A stretch of DNA of 63,269 nt, the filler included, from Dicyema japonicum (Eukaryota; Animalia; Dicyemida), in NCBI GenBank assembly GCA_011109175.1. It is 8 parts of 8 records of this genome, joined end to end, with 100 filler letters (N's around TTAATTAATTAA, not from the genome) between each part and the next. Parts side by side here need not be neighbours in the genome. Positions count along the whole stretch, not along the records: positions 38,506 to 45,846 come from RDEW01000116.1; positions 45,947 to 61,000 come from RDEW01000209.1; 6 more parts are not named here. The stretch is one strand, 5' to 3'. The translations under genes were made by a program, and so were the position numbers. Shown here one piece after another: positions 41,405 to 54,189 of the stretch; position 1 is the first letter of the stretch, and each line of letters begins with the position of its first letter. Below the pieces are notes generated by a model, which ran no database searches, was not told the origin of the DNA, and saw only the letters and a list, made by a program, of their open reading frames with translations.

Positions 41405-42055
41405 ATGCGCCAACTTACCGATGAAGAAACAAAACTTGTTTATGATAAATTACATAAATAGTTTAAAATGTTTCTATAAAATATTTTTTAGCATAGGAGA
41501 GAATATAAAACAACTCGTTGACAGAAAAGACGAAGATTATTGTTTTCGTCTTCACAAGGATCGTGTTTATTATGTCAAGTAATCTATTCACACATTTTTT
41601 TAGGTTGAAGCTATTACGTCAAGTTACAAAAATTGCAAGGAAAGAATTTATTTCGATTGGCACTTGTTTTGGAAAATTTACAAAAACACACAAATTTCAT
41701 CTTCATATAACTGCACTTGATCATCTTTCTCCATTGGCTAAAGTTGGAAAATAAATTAAATTATTTTAGAATAAGATTTGGCTAAAATCTTCTGCGGAAC
41801 AACAATTCCTTTATGGAAACCATGTTACGAAAACCGGAGTTGGACGTCTTTCAGAAGATATACAGCAATATAGCAGAGTTATTGTTTTTTCAATGAATAA
41901 CTTGCCCTTGGTAGTTTTTTTATTGACTGTTATTTAAGGGATTTGGTGTATCTACAAAAGATACTAGTCAATGTTATACTGCCAAGCCATTTGACATTGT
42001 TTTGCTTCATCAAGCTGACGTTGGAGAATATGTCAGGAATGAAAAGGAATTTTAA
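41405..42055 (+). CDS. NIP7: 60S ribosome subunit biogenesis protein NIP7
   Basis: [10 protein letters not shown]...[12 protein letters not shown]...[21 protein letters not shown]...FLYGNHV...[12 protein letters not shown]. Four GT-AG introns of 31, 25, 27 and 28 nt; complete ORF. Confidence 0.95.
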
Positions 42056-43267
42056 GCTTTTTATTAATTTAAACAACGTTCAGATTATAAAATCAGTCCT
42101 TGAATTACTGTTTCAGTTAGTATTTTTAAATTTAATGGCTTTTAATTTATTTTCCTAAGGAACCACGAAATCAACGATATTTTCTTACGTGGGTTGAAGT
42201 TGGGAAAGTTTCTCCGTCGTAAAGGCTTGTGACTAATGGCAAAGTTACATGTCTTTTAATGAAACCTGCTCTAAAAATATCAACATTTCTCGTGGTTTTT
42301 TAAAATAGAAAATCGCGAAACTCAATTACGAGTGGTACCTGGGGTTCTTAGATTGTTTCACCTGTCGTTCATTATTAAAAATATTTTCATACATCATCCA
42401 AGTAAATATTGGATTCTCCGATCCGTTTTAACCAAAAACCACTTGCGGTCATAAACAAATATCAAATAGTTTTATCGATTGAAATTTAAACAATTAAAGT
42501 TAATTTATTCACATTTAAAACGACATCAGTTTTAGTTATTAATTATCATTGGATACTCGTATATCTGCTGTAAATTAATGGAAAATTTTATCAGACTGAG
42601 ATATCTTTAGACATGGAAATATGGGAGATAATCTAATTAAAATTTTGTAATTTCATGAAGGTTTAAACATTTTGTTTTCATCCACTTACTTTTTAATTAA
42701 AACAAAAACTTTTTTTAATAATAATCATTTTATACAGACAGAAAGATTTTTTTTACAGACAGATTTTACAGACAGATCAATCTAAAAATTAAGATTTCTT
42801 TTCCGTTTTGGACAGCTAAGCCGACAAAACTGATAGATCCCAGATCTCTACTTGTCGTATTGCAGTAAGAAAGCTGACTTCTCTGGCATGTGAACTGACA
42901 CTCCCAGTTTGCCATAGTGATAATACTATTCGTTGTAAAAAATTGATAACATTTGCGGTTTTTGACTTTAAAATCGCGATTCGATTTTTTAATTTATTTA
43001 ATTCGATTTGTTTTGTATTAAATATTTTTTAATAAAATAGGTCAATTATAAATGTATGAAGATNNNNNNNNNNNNNNNNNNNNNNNNNNNNNNNNNNNNN
43101 NNNNNNNNNNNNNNNNNNNNNNNNNNNNNNNNNNNNNNNNNNNNNNNNNNNNNNNNNNNNNNNNNNNNNNNNNNNNNNNNNNNNNNNNNNNNNNNNNNNN
43201 NNNNNNNNNNNNNNNNNNNNNNNNNNNNNNNNNNNNNNNNNNNNNNNNNNNNNNNNNNNNNNNNNNN

Positions 43268-45846
43268 TTTCTTCGATGAGAAGATCCAGATACATCCCCG
43301 TCAAGATCCCGAAGGCAGCCAGGATACTTGCAGCGGATAGTCTAGGAACTCTGATAGAAGATGCGTTAAAAAACAACTCCGATCATATCGTATGGGCCAA
43401 ATTATTCTTATTCCCTGTCTTTGCTTTGGGTGTTCCAATCCGCCATGGAACGAATGGACACTCACTTTCAACAGTCATAAAATCACAGATTGCCGAATTT
43501 ATGACTAATTTCGAATCCATACTACAACCACCAACTGAGCCAGTTTTAAAGAGGAGGGCTTCCAAGGCCTCTGAGGCTGAGAGAATAAGGAGACAGGTCC
43601 GGACTAAACTTATGGAAGGAGATGTTAAGGCCGCTGTGCGGGTTATTTTGTCTGATCTGGGGTCCCTTCCACAAACTCCATCGACCTTGTCTGCCTTAAA
43701 AGCCAAACATCCAGACGCCCCTAAAGATTTTTGCGATTTTCACCTCCCAAACGTTCAACCACTTGTTGCTTCACTGGAAGACGTTTCCGAAAGCTTAAGG
43801 TCATTCCGTCGCAGCAGCGCTGGCGGAGTGAATGGCTTGAGACCGGGGCATTTACGTGATCTGATATTCCAATCCACGGGAAAGAGCGGCATGACTTTAC
43901 TCAAACAAATCACCGATTTCTCAAACAGGATCCTCTCTGGTGAAGTGTGCTCTTTTGCTCGCGAGTTGATCTTTTCCTCATGCCTAACTGCCCTTAAGAA
44001 AGCTGATGGTGGAGTACGACCTATTGCTGTGGGATGCATTTTTCGGAGAATCGCCTCGAAAATAGCAAGCAGGGCCGGAACCGCGGCACTTCTGCAACAA
44101 TTTTTACCTGTGCAACTAGGAGTCGGAGTTCATGGAGGTGCCGAGGTTGGCGTCCATGCTTTGAGGGAATTTACTTCCTCTACCGGAACGCAAAAGGTTT
44201 TAGCCAAAATTGACCTGAAGAATGCCTTCAATTCCATAAGAAGGGACCGTATTTATGAAGCCTGTGCTCGATACATACCATTTGTTCTACCTGTTGTCAG
44301 TCTAGCCTACTCTAAACCTTCTACACTTGTTTTCGGATCATCAATTGTTAGTTCTTGTACTGGCGTCCAACAGGGTGATCCGCTTGGACCTCTACTCTTT
44401 TCCCTCGGTATACACGGAATCGCTAGTTCGTGTAAAACAAACCTTAACTTGTGGTATCTCGATGACGGAGTCATAGGAGGACCACCTGAAACTATCTCCA
44501 AAACGCTTGGGTTGCTCATACAAAATTTCAGAGCACTTGGGCTAGAATTTAATTGCAGTAAATGTGAGATTATCAATCTCAACACAAATGAACTATCCTT
44601 TGAAAAGTATAAAATGGAGTTCGATCAACTGCTACCAGGTTGCACTTTCCCTCCCAAAGAAGATCTTACCTTCCTCGGATCACCGATATTCGAGAATGGT
44701 GTCGAACCTTCTCTGAAGGCTAAACTGTCCGAATTCTCCTCATTTTCTGAAAAACTACAATGGGTTGACAGTCATATTGGTCTTTTTCTATTAAGGAACT
44801 GCCTATCACTGCCAAAGTTCACGTATCTATTAAGAACGGCTCAATGTTATAAATCAGCTGACCTACTCGAAGAATGCTCTATGTGCATTAAAGCCTGCAC
44901 GGAAGGGCTTCTGAATATCCACTTTGATACGCGTGCATGGCGACAGGCATCTCTTCCCATTCACCTCGGAGGGATTGGTCTGACAACCCCAGCTGATTCA
45001 GCACATGGGGCTTTTTTTTCCTCGGTGATCTCATCCAGACAAATGATTGACGCTGTTCTCTCTCACTGCAATGAACAGCGGATATCCTTTGGTTTGAAAG
45101 ATTGCATCACCATCTGGGAAAAATCAGGACTACCAATTCCATCTGAGACGTCCCGCCAATCGAAATGGACTTCCATAATTCACGCTAGAGTCTATGAAGA
45201 ACTTAATGACTGCACGGACAAAGGAAAACTGGCCTGTCTACGGATGAGCAGTCAGCCTCTAAGTGGCGCTTGGTTAAATTCTTATCCCTGTGACGCAATT
45301 GGCTGTCTTTTAGACGACGAATCTGTAAGGATTGGGGTCTGCCTACGCCTCGGCTTACCGGTTTCGGTCAAACACCAATGCCGCTGCGGAGTCCAGACCG
45401 ACGAGTACGGATATCATTCTCTTTCCTGTCGTAACGGGTTGGGACGCTCCTCACGGCACACTGAAATAAATGAGATCATCCGCCGGTCTCTCCGAACTGC
45501 TGGATTCCATTCTCAGCTGGAACCCGTTGGCTTATTCGTCGAGGACGGCAGGAGACCAGACGGGATGACTACTTTTCCCTTTCACAGGGGTAAGTGTCTG
45601 GTATGGGACGCTACATGTGTAAACTCCTACTCAGAGCCCAACATGAAGCTGTCCCTGAAAGAACCCGGGGCTCCAAGCAACCAGGCTGAGAAGAGGAAAC
45701 TCGAAAAATATTCGGGATCTGGAGAAGCCAACGTTTTCATCCCCGTTGGAGTCGAGACGTCTGGGGTCCTTGGCACCTCTGCAATCAACCTATTTCGAAG
45801 AATAGGTTCATTAATGGAGAGGAACACAAGAGACCCAAAGGAGTTC
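43268..45846 (+). mobile_element. CRE-like non-LTR retrotransposon, long uninterrupted RT+RLE ORF (both ends in gaps)
   Basis: RT motifs RPIAVG, IDLKNAFN, GVQQGDPLGPLLF and WYLDDG. RLE has the knuckle CRCG...HSLSC, then RH, EP, RPDG, WDATC and KRKLEKY. No stop codon in about 857 codons. Confidence 0.93.
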
Positions 45847-45946
45847 NNNNNNNNNNNNNNNNNNNNNNNNNNNNNNNNNNNNNNNNNNNNTTAATTAATT
45901 AANNNNNNNNNNNNNNNNNNNNNNNNNNNNNNNNNNNNNNNNNNNN

Positions 45947-48233
45947 TATTATTATTATTATAAGCAACTACATAGAATCATATAAACTATAATTCTATTC
46001 GTTCCGCGTCTGAACAATCCTCTTAATTAGCCTTTCCCATCCTGTCCGATGCCAAGTGCCGCAGACTACTAAGGTCTTCACCGTCCTTTAGTAGTCTGGT
46101 TACTGATCTCAGGTCACCATTAAGGACTTCCGGAAGAGTTATTCTTGGACGACCTCTGAACTTCTCCCCTGACGTATCGAAGTATTCTTCCATGACGACG
46201 TTTGCTGGCGTGTCTTGTTCCAATCTGAGAATATAGCCAAACAATCTCCAGCGAGCCTTCATGATCATGGTGCTCAGAGGTCCGGAACCGCATCTTCTAT
46301 ATAAATTTTCACTCCCTACACGCATTGGCCACTTTAGTCCCAAGAGAGACCGAAGTTGCCTTCTGTGAAAGGAGTCAAGGTTTTGTTCGTCCGTTTTCGA
46401 AATTCCCCACGTCCCAGAGTTGTATGTTAGTATGGGCCTCACGAACGCCTCATACAACCTGAGTCGGAGTGATGGCCCGACCGAGCATTTTCTTATCCAA
46501 CATTTCATAAGTTTTTGCATAGTAACCGTAGATAACAATTTTCTTCTTGCAATGTCTTCGGAGTCTCCGAGAAGAGAGCCAAGCTTTACGGTCTTTCTCC
46601 AACATTCACTATTGCGTAGTTCCATCCGCTTAATTTCAACAATATCCGTTTTCTGAACATTCAGTGATAGACACCATTTGGCCAAACAGCCTGATGCAAC
46701 CTCCAAGAGACGTAAGAGTGCTTCTTTGTCAGTCGAGATAAAGTCAACATCATCGGCATACACGATCTCCATAATATCATTGTTGTAATACTTCCGGAGG
46801 TCTTGCAGAGCCGATTCAAGGTATATAGCAAACAATACTGGGGAAAGGGAATCTCCTTGGGGTGCAAAATAAGTTTCAATGATTGGCTCTTCCTCCGTAT
46901 TAGTCGTATAGCCATGAATGTCGCAGCATTGTCTTTAAGGTTTTCTATTTCTCTGATCTTGCTTTCCAACTGACTAGTGTGATGTAGTCTGTTTAGGAGT
47001 TTGATTTTTCTCTCAATTTGCCTTCGTTCTTGTTTCAGTTTGCAAACAGTCTGAGGATCGACAGTATTTTCGGATCTAAGCCTTAAGTTCTTCTGCAAAT
47101 TCAATAGGGCTGACACTTCCGGGTGACGCTGACTGCTATGGGGTTTAAGTTCCCCCAGATGTTTGTCAGCAGCGGAAATGATCCCTCTCATAGTTTCGAG
47201 CCATGCCTTTCCTGGTGAAAGATCCGATGCCGTATTATTAATTGAATCCGACACACATTCTTTATAGTCTGCTTGTACTTTTGGTGAAGAGCCCAAGAGT
47301 TCAGTCATATACCTTCTTGATCGCGTGGAATCTCCACCACGATGTGTTTGGAAGAAGCATCTTCTATTAGTTATCCCGTAGAGGAACTCCTCCGCAGTTG
47401 GACCAAGTCTTAAGCTGAATCTTGCTGACACAATTTTGTGATCACTGTTAACAGTTAGTCCTCCATAAGATCTCGAGTCCCGTAAGAGAGATTTGTCTTT
47501 TACTCGACACAGAATATAATCGATCTGATTATAAATCCTTATCAGATTTCCGGTGGTCGATAGTCTAGTGCCCATCCACGTTGTCTTGTGGCGTGCGGAA
47601 TGTTGGAATTGAGTATTGCACAGGAATAAATCAAAGGATTCGCAGAAATATGCCAGAGCAGTACCAGAATAGTTCCTGATCCCCCTTCCATGTGGTCCAA
47701 TAAAACGTTCGTGTCCTTGATGTACCCCAGCTTTAGCATTCCAATCACCAGCGATAAAGAGGAACGATGAAAACTTCAGAGAAGATACGACCTCGACAAG
47801 TTCTTCGTAGAAAACGTCCAATTCTTCTGGGTTTTGGAAACACGGCCACTATGTGGGGCGTACACGTTCACAATGGAAATTAGTTGCCTGGACTGAATAA
47901 CACATATCCTGTCATCAATTTTCCAATATCGATGTAATCTGGGGAGCAAATTCTTGTGAACAGCGAAACCCTGTCCATAGTGTTTACAGTACGATGGAAG
48001 GATGATTAGTCTGTAGTCTCCAAGGTTTTCATCGAGTCCTTTTCTGAGCTTCGTCTCTTGGAGACAGCAAACAGAGCATCCATATTTTGCAAGGTCCAGA
48101 CATAGTTGGTGCCTCTTCGACCAGTCATTAAGGCCCCTGGCATTGAAGGTAAGGGTAGAAAACCAGAAAGGATTATTCAAATACGTATTAGACATATGTG
48201 CTATAGAGGGACGTCACCACCTCAACCAAAAAA
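45947..48233 (-). mobile_element. RTE-like LINE with both termini but an internal RT deletion
   Basis: 5' motif at 48205-48233, APE domain, then a jump to PQGDSLSP/YADDV at about 46862, then the C-terminal region and a (TAA)n tail. Frameshifts present. Confidence 0.9.
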
Positions 48234-48589
48234 CATCGACTATGAATATTTAATAATAATTACAATTCATCTAACTTCATTCCCAATAATGAAAAGTTGA
48301 CATCAGGTTCAAATTTAATATTTTGAACAATTAATGCAGCTACATAAAATTCAGGTTGGCCAGTTATCGAATATGTACAATTAATCCAATATCTTAATAA
48401 TTTATATTTAATACAGAGCTCCATTTATTATTAATTCGTTTTTGCATAAATTCTGTGATGTCAAAATATCGAATGACAAGTTTAACACGAGAAAAGTGAA
48501 CATCTATAAGATTAAACACCAAAATAATGAATATACGATAACCACAAGAAATAAAAATTACTATATGAAATACAGTCGTCATAATTAAT

Positions 48590-51500
48590 TTATTATTTAT
48601 TATTATTTATTTAAAGCACTCCCGAGAAGTCATAAAATTAATCAAGCCTCCCTTGTGCCGTATTTCTAGCCATCCTCTCTATCAGCCTTTTCCAGGACCC
48701 TCTACTTCGTGCCAGTTCCCTTAAGGTATCTAGGTCGTCTGCGGAAGTGAGCTTCAGTCCCACAGCCGACAGGTCTCCATTCAAAATAGTTGGGAGTGTG
48801 ATTCTTGGTCTTCCACGGAAACCGGCTCCCGTATGCATTAAGTAGTTTTCCATGGCGATATTCGCGGGTACTTGAGCATTTAGACGTAAGATATGTCCAA
48901 AGAGACTCCATCTTGATCTGAAGATCTCCTCGGATAGTATACCAGATTTGCACTTCGAGTAGAGGTCATTGTTTGAGATCTTCTTAGGCCACTTGATCTT
49001 GGTTACTGATTTCAATTGTGTCCTGTGGAAAGCGTCAAGACGGTCCATCTCTTGTTTAGAGATTCCCCAAGTGCCTGAATTGTAGGTCAGGACGGGAATG
49101 ACAAAAGCCTTATATATTCTGAGTTTGGTGTTTAATCCCATCCTCTTCTTATGACCCCACATATTCGATACTTTCTTTAGTGCACACATTGCGAGGATTT
49201 TCCTCCGAGAAACATCTTCTGAGTCCCCGAGAAGCGAACCCACCTTCTTTTGCTTTCTCCAAGACTCGTCCGATCTTCGATCATTGCGTGTAAGTGTTGT
49301 GAACTCTGTTTTATCGGTGTTAACGGTTAAGAACCATTTCGAGAATACGTGTGGAAGAACGTTAAGCATGTGTTGAAGTACTTGAATATCCTCAGAAACA
49401 AAGTCCAGGTCGTCCGCGTAGATTATCTCGTTATAATTGTTGCCAACCAGGGGTCTGAACTCTCTTAGTGCGGCCTCAAGGTAGACAATAAAGAGGACCG
49501 GGGATAGTGAGTCCCCCTGTGGAACTCCACGTGAGGTCGAAAAAAAGTTAGAGGTAGAGTCACCAATTTTGACGGCAAGTTGAGTGTTCCGCATGAGTAA
49601 GTGTATTATTTTGACATCGTCAGGCAGTAGAAAACTCTCCAACACTTCCATAAGTTTTCCACGGTCCACCGAGTCGAACGCACGGGACATGTCGATACCA
49701 AGTATCTCAATAGATTTTTTGTATTTTTGGCACAGGGCACAATACCACCTGTGCCCCCATACCACGTCAGCCGTGGACCTGCCCGTCCGGAATCCACTTT
49801 GGCCGTCCGAAAGAAATATGTTCACCCTCTCCTTTATTCGGTTTAAAGCAATGAGGGATAATGTTTTTCGTATGGAGGTTAGGAGTATAATAGGTCTGAA
49901 GTTGTGAGGGGGGCCTTTACTTTTTCCCGGTTTTTGTAGTGGAATTAGCCACCCTTTTCCCAGTTCCAGTTCATCTGCACCCTCGAGAGACCGGTTGAAA
50001 ATGTTAGTAATCATTTCAATTAGCTCCTCCGGGCCGTATTGTAAAAGTTCTGCAGTAATGAAGTCTGGTCCGGCAGATCTTCCGGTATTTAATTTTTTAA
50101 TAGCTTGTTGAGTTTCGGATATGGTAATAGGGCTAGTTAGAGTGTACTTGTAAGACTTCCGAGATTTCATTGCTTGGTCAGCCGCGTCCTGTTTGTTGAA
50201 CATAAGGTCAAAATGGGATGCCAGAACGTTTGCTTTGTTAATGGTCCCGATAACGTCGTGACCAAGGTTGTCATGGACAGTTAACGAAATTGGACAGTTT
50301 TCTCTGCTAAGAAGCCGGATTGCTTTGAACATTCTTGGTCCGTTCTTGTACTTTAATATGTCTGAGATTTTCTCCTCAGCTTCATTTTTGGCAAGGAATC
50401 TTTGTATTTGTTTGATCTTCGTTAAGACTCTCCCTCTCTGGGTGCGCAGTACTTTGATATCTTCCGGAGCGTTTGTGTTTTCCATCCGGAGTCTGAGCTC
50501 TTTCTGTGTTACAGAGAGTTGTCCGATATCCGGATTACATTGTTTGTGACGAGATTTGGTGATGTGACCAAGCACACTAAAGGCTGTGTTTTGGATAGCA
50601 ACCACTATTTCATCCCATAAGCTGTTTGTCGGCTGATTTTGGTTAATACTGTTGATGCTATCTCTCAGAACTGCACTATAACGACATTTGGTGGATTCTT
50701 CGTAGCGTAACCTCTCAGTGTCGAAACGTACTGAGGTAAGGCCTTTGTGTTTCCCGTGTATTCCATGGATTCTTTTAAGTACTAGCCGGGCGACCACAAG
50801 TTTATGATCGCTACTTGTTTCAAGTCCACCGTAAGATCTCGAGTCCTGTAGGAGGGCCTTCTGATGTTGCTTGCAGATAATATAGTCGATCTGATTGTAT
50901 ATATTGACTGTGTTTCCAGATTTGCCTTTTCTGGTACCAACCCACGTGGTCCTGTGTCTTGCCGGGTGCTTGAAACAAGTGTTGCATATGAGTAGGTTGA
51001 ATGCCGTGCAAAATTGTATTAATGCCTCTCCGGGGATGTTACGGCGGTTTCTACCGTGGGATCCAATACACGTTTCACCAGGTCTTGCTTTTCCGGCCCT
51101 GGCGTTCCAGTCCCCGGCGATAAAAAGAAAGTAAGAGGATGAAAGTGAGTTGTACACACTTGTGAGAGTAGAGTAAAACGTATCCAGTTCTTCGATATTC
51201 GTTGATACACGTGCTCCGGTTGGGGCATATACGTTTATGATGGAGATCACTGAGTTGAGTTTGTTTCCGCATTTGATTTGTAACACCGCGACACGGTCAG
51301 ATACTGCCCATACTCTTGAGACACAGTGAAACAAGTGCCGATGAACAGCAAATCCGAGCCCATAGTGCCTGCAGTCTGGTGTGAGGGTCAAAAGGTAAAA
51401 ATTCTGAAACAGTTCTGCAGATTGTTCGGTTATTTTCGTCTCTTGCAAACAACAGACAGAGATGTTGTATTTACTCAGATCACGCGCCAATTGTTGTTTC

Positions 51501-51619
51501 TTGTAGCACTGATTGAGGCCTCGGCAGTTGAGGGATCCAAGAGTGAGGGGAGAAACTGGTAAGCAATACGAAGAAGACATAGTGCAAGTAGAGGGACGTC
51601 ACCACCTCAACCAAAAAAA
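48590..51619 (-). mobile_element. Full-length RTE-like LINE
   Basis: 5' motif at 51590-51619, a single 980-aa ORF, a short 3' UTR and an A/T-rich tail. Confidence 0.95.
48638..51580 (-). CDS. APE endonuclease + reverse transcriptase ORF (980 aa, intact)
   Basis: APE motifs GSLNCRGL, LQETK, GDWNA, QIDYI and SDH. RT motifs DMSRAFD, GVPQGDSLSP and YADDL. C-terminal LFGHILR...RGRPR. Confidence 0.95.
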   Translation of the reverse strand: MSSSYCLPVSPLTLGSLNCRGLNQCYKKQQLARDLSKYNISVCCLQETKITEQSAELFQNFYLLTLTPDCRHYGLGFAVHRHLFHCVSRVWAVSDRVAVLQIKCGNKLNSVISIINVYAPTGARVSTNIEELDTFYSTLTSVYNSLSSSYFLFIAGDWNARAGKARPGETCIGSHGRNRRNIPGEALIQFCTAFNLLICNTCFKHPARHRTTWVGTRKGKSGNTVNIYNQIDYIICKQHQKALLQDSRSYGGLETSSDHKLVVARLVLKRIHGIHGKHKGLTSVRFDTERLRYEESTKCRYSAVLRDSINSINQNQPTNSLWDEIVVAIQNTAFSVLGHITKSRHKQCNPDIGQLSVTQKELRLRMENTNAPEDIKVLRTQRGRVLTKIKQIQRFLAKNEAEEKISDILKYKNGPRMFKAIRLLSRENCPISLTVHDNLGHDVIGTINKANVLASHFDLMFNKQDAADQAMKSRKSYKYTLTSPITISETQQAIKKLNTGRSAGPDFITAELLQYGPEELIEMITNIFNRSLEGADELELGKGWLIPLQKPGKSKGPPHNFRPIILLTSIRKTLSLIALNRIKERVNIFLSDGQSGFRTGRSTADVVWGHRWYCALCQKYKKSIEILGIDMSRAFDSVDRGKLMEVLESFLLPDDVKIIHLLMRNTQLAVKIGDSTSNFFSTSRGVPQGDSLSPVLFIVYLEAALREFRPLVGNNYNEIIYADDLDFVSEDIQVLQHMLNVLPHVFSKWFLTVNTDKTEFTTLTRNDRRSDESWRKQKKVGSLLGDSEDVSRRKILAMCALKKVSNMWGHKKRMGLNTKLRIYKAFVIPVLTYNSGTWGISKQEMDRLDAFHRTQLKSVTKIKWPKKISNNDLYSKCKSGILSEEIFRSRWSLFGHILRLNAQVPANIAMENYLMHTGAGFRGRPRITLPTILNGDLSAVGLKLTSADDLDTLRELARSRGSWKRLIERMARNTAQGRLD

Positions 51620-51899
51620 TTAATAATAATTTTATTTAATAAAGTGTTGGATTAAATAAATAAAATTAAAAATAATTTAAAAATTTTGATTTTGTTGAAA
51701 TAAGATTTGGTTTAATAACGTTGGGGACCGTGTAATCATGTCTATTATTTAGACGAGTATATGTGGCAGTTTTTTCATTATTTAGAGAATTTGGAAAAGC
51801 AAAGATATTTGCTTTAGGACCAAAGAAGATCTCCTTATGATCATTAGCACGTCGCCATCAAAACCAATCTAACAAATTAACACAAAACAGGAATAACGT

Positions 51900-53000
51900 C
51901 AAGTAATCAGGTGATTCTAATCACCAAAACAAACTGTGCCATCCAATAACGGTGAGCATTCATTGTTCCTACCAATGAGCGAAAGTGCCAGTTTTCATTC
52001 CTGCAGAAGAATTCAATTGGAGATGAAAACCTCCTCGCAGGAATACTGGAGTTATGTTACCCACTTGTCGTCGGTGGTGCCCAGTGTCAGATTGGCACGA
52101 AAAATGACCATGTGCTAAATTTCTCACCAATTTACAGACTCGGATCATCACAGCATAATCCGGTACTCCATTTTTTAACTCGAAGTCATTTCCTGGAGTT
52201 CCCTAAAAAGTTCAAGTCACCAACATAAGGATAACCAATTCCCGCCACAACAATGATTTTGAATCTGTTCAAAAAGTATAGCACATGACTCTATAAGAAT
52301 CAAATGTCTAGCCAATTTTGGTTAGTACTGAGTTTCAGAAAAAAAATCCCTCAAACACAGGCCATATTTGCTTACAAGGTCTGGTTTAAGAGGTCGAGAC
52401 CTTCACTCTCATTAGCATTGAATTTACTAGCGATTTTTTCAAGGAATTGAATAAGGGTATGTCAGCTACATTCAATCGCCTCAAAACAAGTAGAGATGGT
52501 CATGTCTAAAGAGTTTATTTTTTTAATTTTGTAGTAAAGGAACTATGGAAGTAGGTGGGGACATCTCTGAGACAATGGAAAATCAGGCTGATTACCTTAG
52601 CTACTGAAAGAATTTGGGGGATGTAGAGAAATAGCGTAGACTGTTGTTGTGTCTGAGAAAGGAAGATATTATATTGTAAGGTTTTAGTTATTGCAGGGGA
52701 TCACTGTTGTATGAGAAATGGTGGATATCTCTTTATTATTGTGGTTATGTCGATACGGATTGTTGGAGTTAATTGAATAAAGACCGAAATAGAGAATTAT
52801 TGAGGACTTTGAGTAAAGTGGGGGATGTCTGACTGTTTTAATCGTATTTTAATAAATGCTGGTCTCAACTCTGTCAAATTTATGATTTATACATCTTTGT
52901 GACGAAATTGAGAAATGTATTGTGATACTAAGTCATCGCGTCCCCCATCTCATCCACGTCCCTTATGGTCTAATGATCGACGAATGATTTAATCGTGAGA
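51900..53000 (-). mobile_element. Decayed LINE APE remnant of another family
   Basis: Scattered minus-strand motifs PTYFHSS and SLDMTIS; many stops. Confidence 0.4.
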
Positions 53001-54189
53001 AGACTTCATATGGTAGGAATGATAAATCAACTAATTTTCTAAGAGGAACAAATTACCCATATACTACAGTAAGGTCAATTGATGCAAGTACGATGGGAGG
53101 ATTAAAGTTATTCAAACCATCAGCGATGTACTTAGTAAGTGAAGAGAAATGCGTAGATGTTGAGTTTGGGGTTGAAAATAATGCTGTAAGTCCAAAAAAG
53201 GAAGTTATTTGGAAAATTGATCAATTATTTTGGAATATGTGAATCATGGGAAGGTTCATTAAATTTCCAAAGTATTATAAACTATTATGCAGCTTTCGTG
53301 ATTGAGGGTATACTCCATCTCATCCTTCATCATCCATCCCTCTTCTCCCCTGTCCATCTCTCTTGCTGTTAACGATCCAATAGCATTTAGTAAGGAAAGT
53401 TAGAGCTACTAGCATATGACATATTTCATAGTCGGGGCATTTCAATTACGTTTTGTGTTTTTTGTATTTTTCATCTATAAATTTTAATAGAATTATGTTA
53501 AATTGATTTTTTTGTCAAGCTCCTAAAATTTCGTTCGATCATAAGCATATCAAAGTAAATAAGATCATTAGCATAAATACAATACCTCAAGAGACAGTTC
53601 GTTTTCTAGCAGTCTTAGCCGTACCTAAGAGATTCATGACCCAAATCACTTTTCACAAATGTGATCGGATATTTAACTGTCAAAAAAAGTAACTGATTGA
53701 GCTCACTACCACTCTTAATTCATAGAGATATTTACTAATTTGTTACATAATTAAAAAAGATGATTGATTTCTCTATTTTTATCAAAATTATCATCATTTT
53801 AACATCTACTCAATCGATCTCTAATTGAAGATCTATTACTTTACTTTTCCTACATTTTCAGGGGTTAGTAAAAATTAGACTAATTAAAGCTAATAACTCA
53901 GTACAGTCTAATTACAGTACAGCCCGATCCCGAAATGGTGCAATAATTCCTAAATTGTGAGGTTTTCACCAAAAAAGTGAGTGTCATATTTTAATTGAAC
54001 TAGTGACGTGGTTTTTAAAATTGTATCTTTAAAACACGTTTCAAATAATCTGTTCACATTGGTTTGATTAAGCTTAATAAAAATGTAGGAAAAGTACTTT
54101 TATAATAAAAATTACTATAACACATTAAAAACAAGAAAAATTATTAGATTTTTATTTTGATAGAGTAAACGGTTATATAGCGGCTGCTC

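Noticed and set aside
18918-43376. Long ORFs made mostly of X (e.g. 18918-19499, 35999-36849, 39510-40706)
   Set aside because: They are read-through of N gaps.
43383-51562. Many short ORFs antisense or out of frame within the CRE and RTE ORFs
   Set aside because: They are shadow ORFs of long coding regions with no independent motifs.
51596-51612. Shine-Dalgarno-like GAGGTG in the RTE 5' motif
   Set aside because: It is over 20 nt from the ATG and the context is eukaryotic.
51520-51619. HDV-like ribozyme at the RTE 5' end (GGTTGAGG can pair with CCTCAACT in the ORF)
   Set aside because: The complementary stretch is constrained by the conserved (F/L)-N codons, and I could not find P2, P3, P1.1 or J4/2; an Infernal search would be needed.
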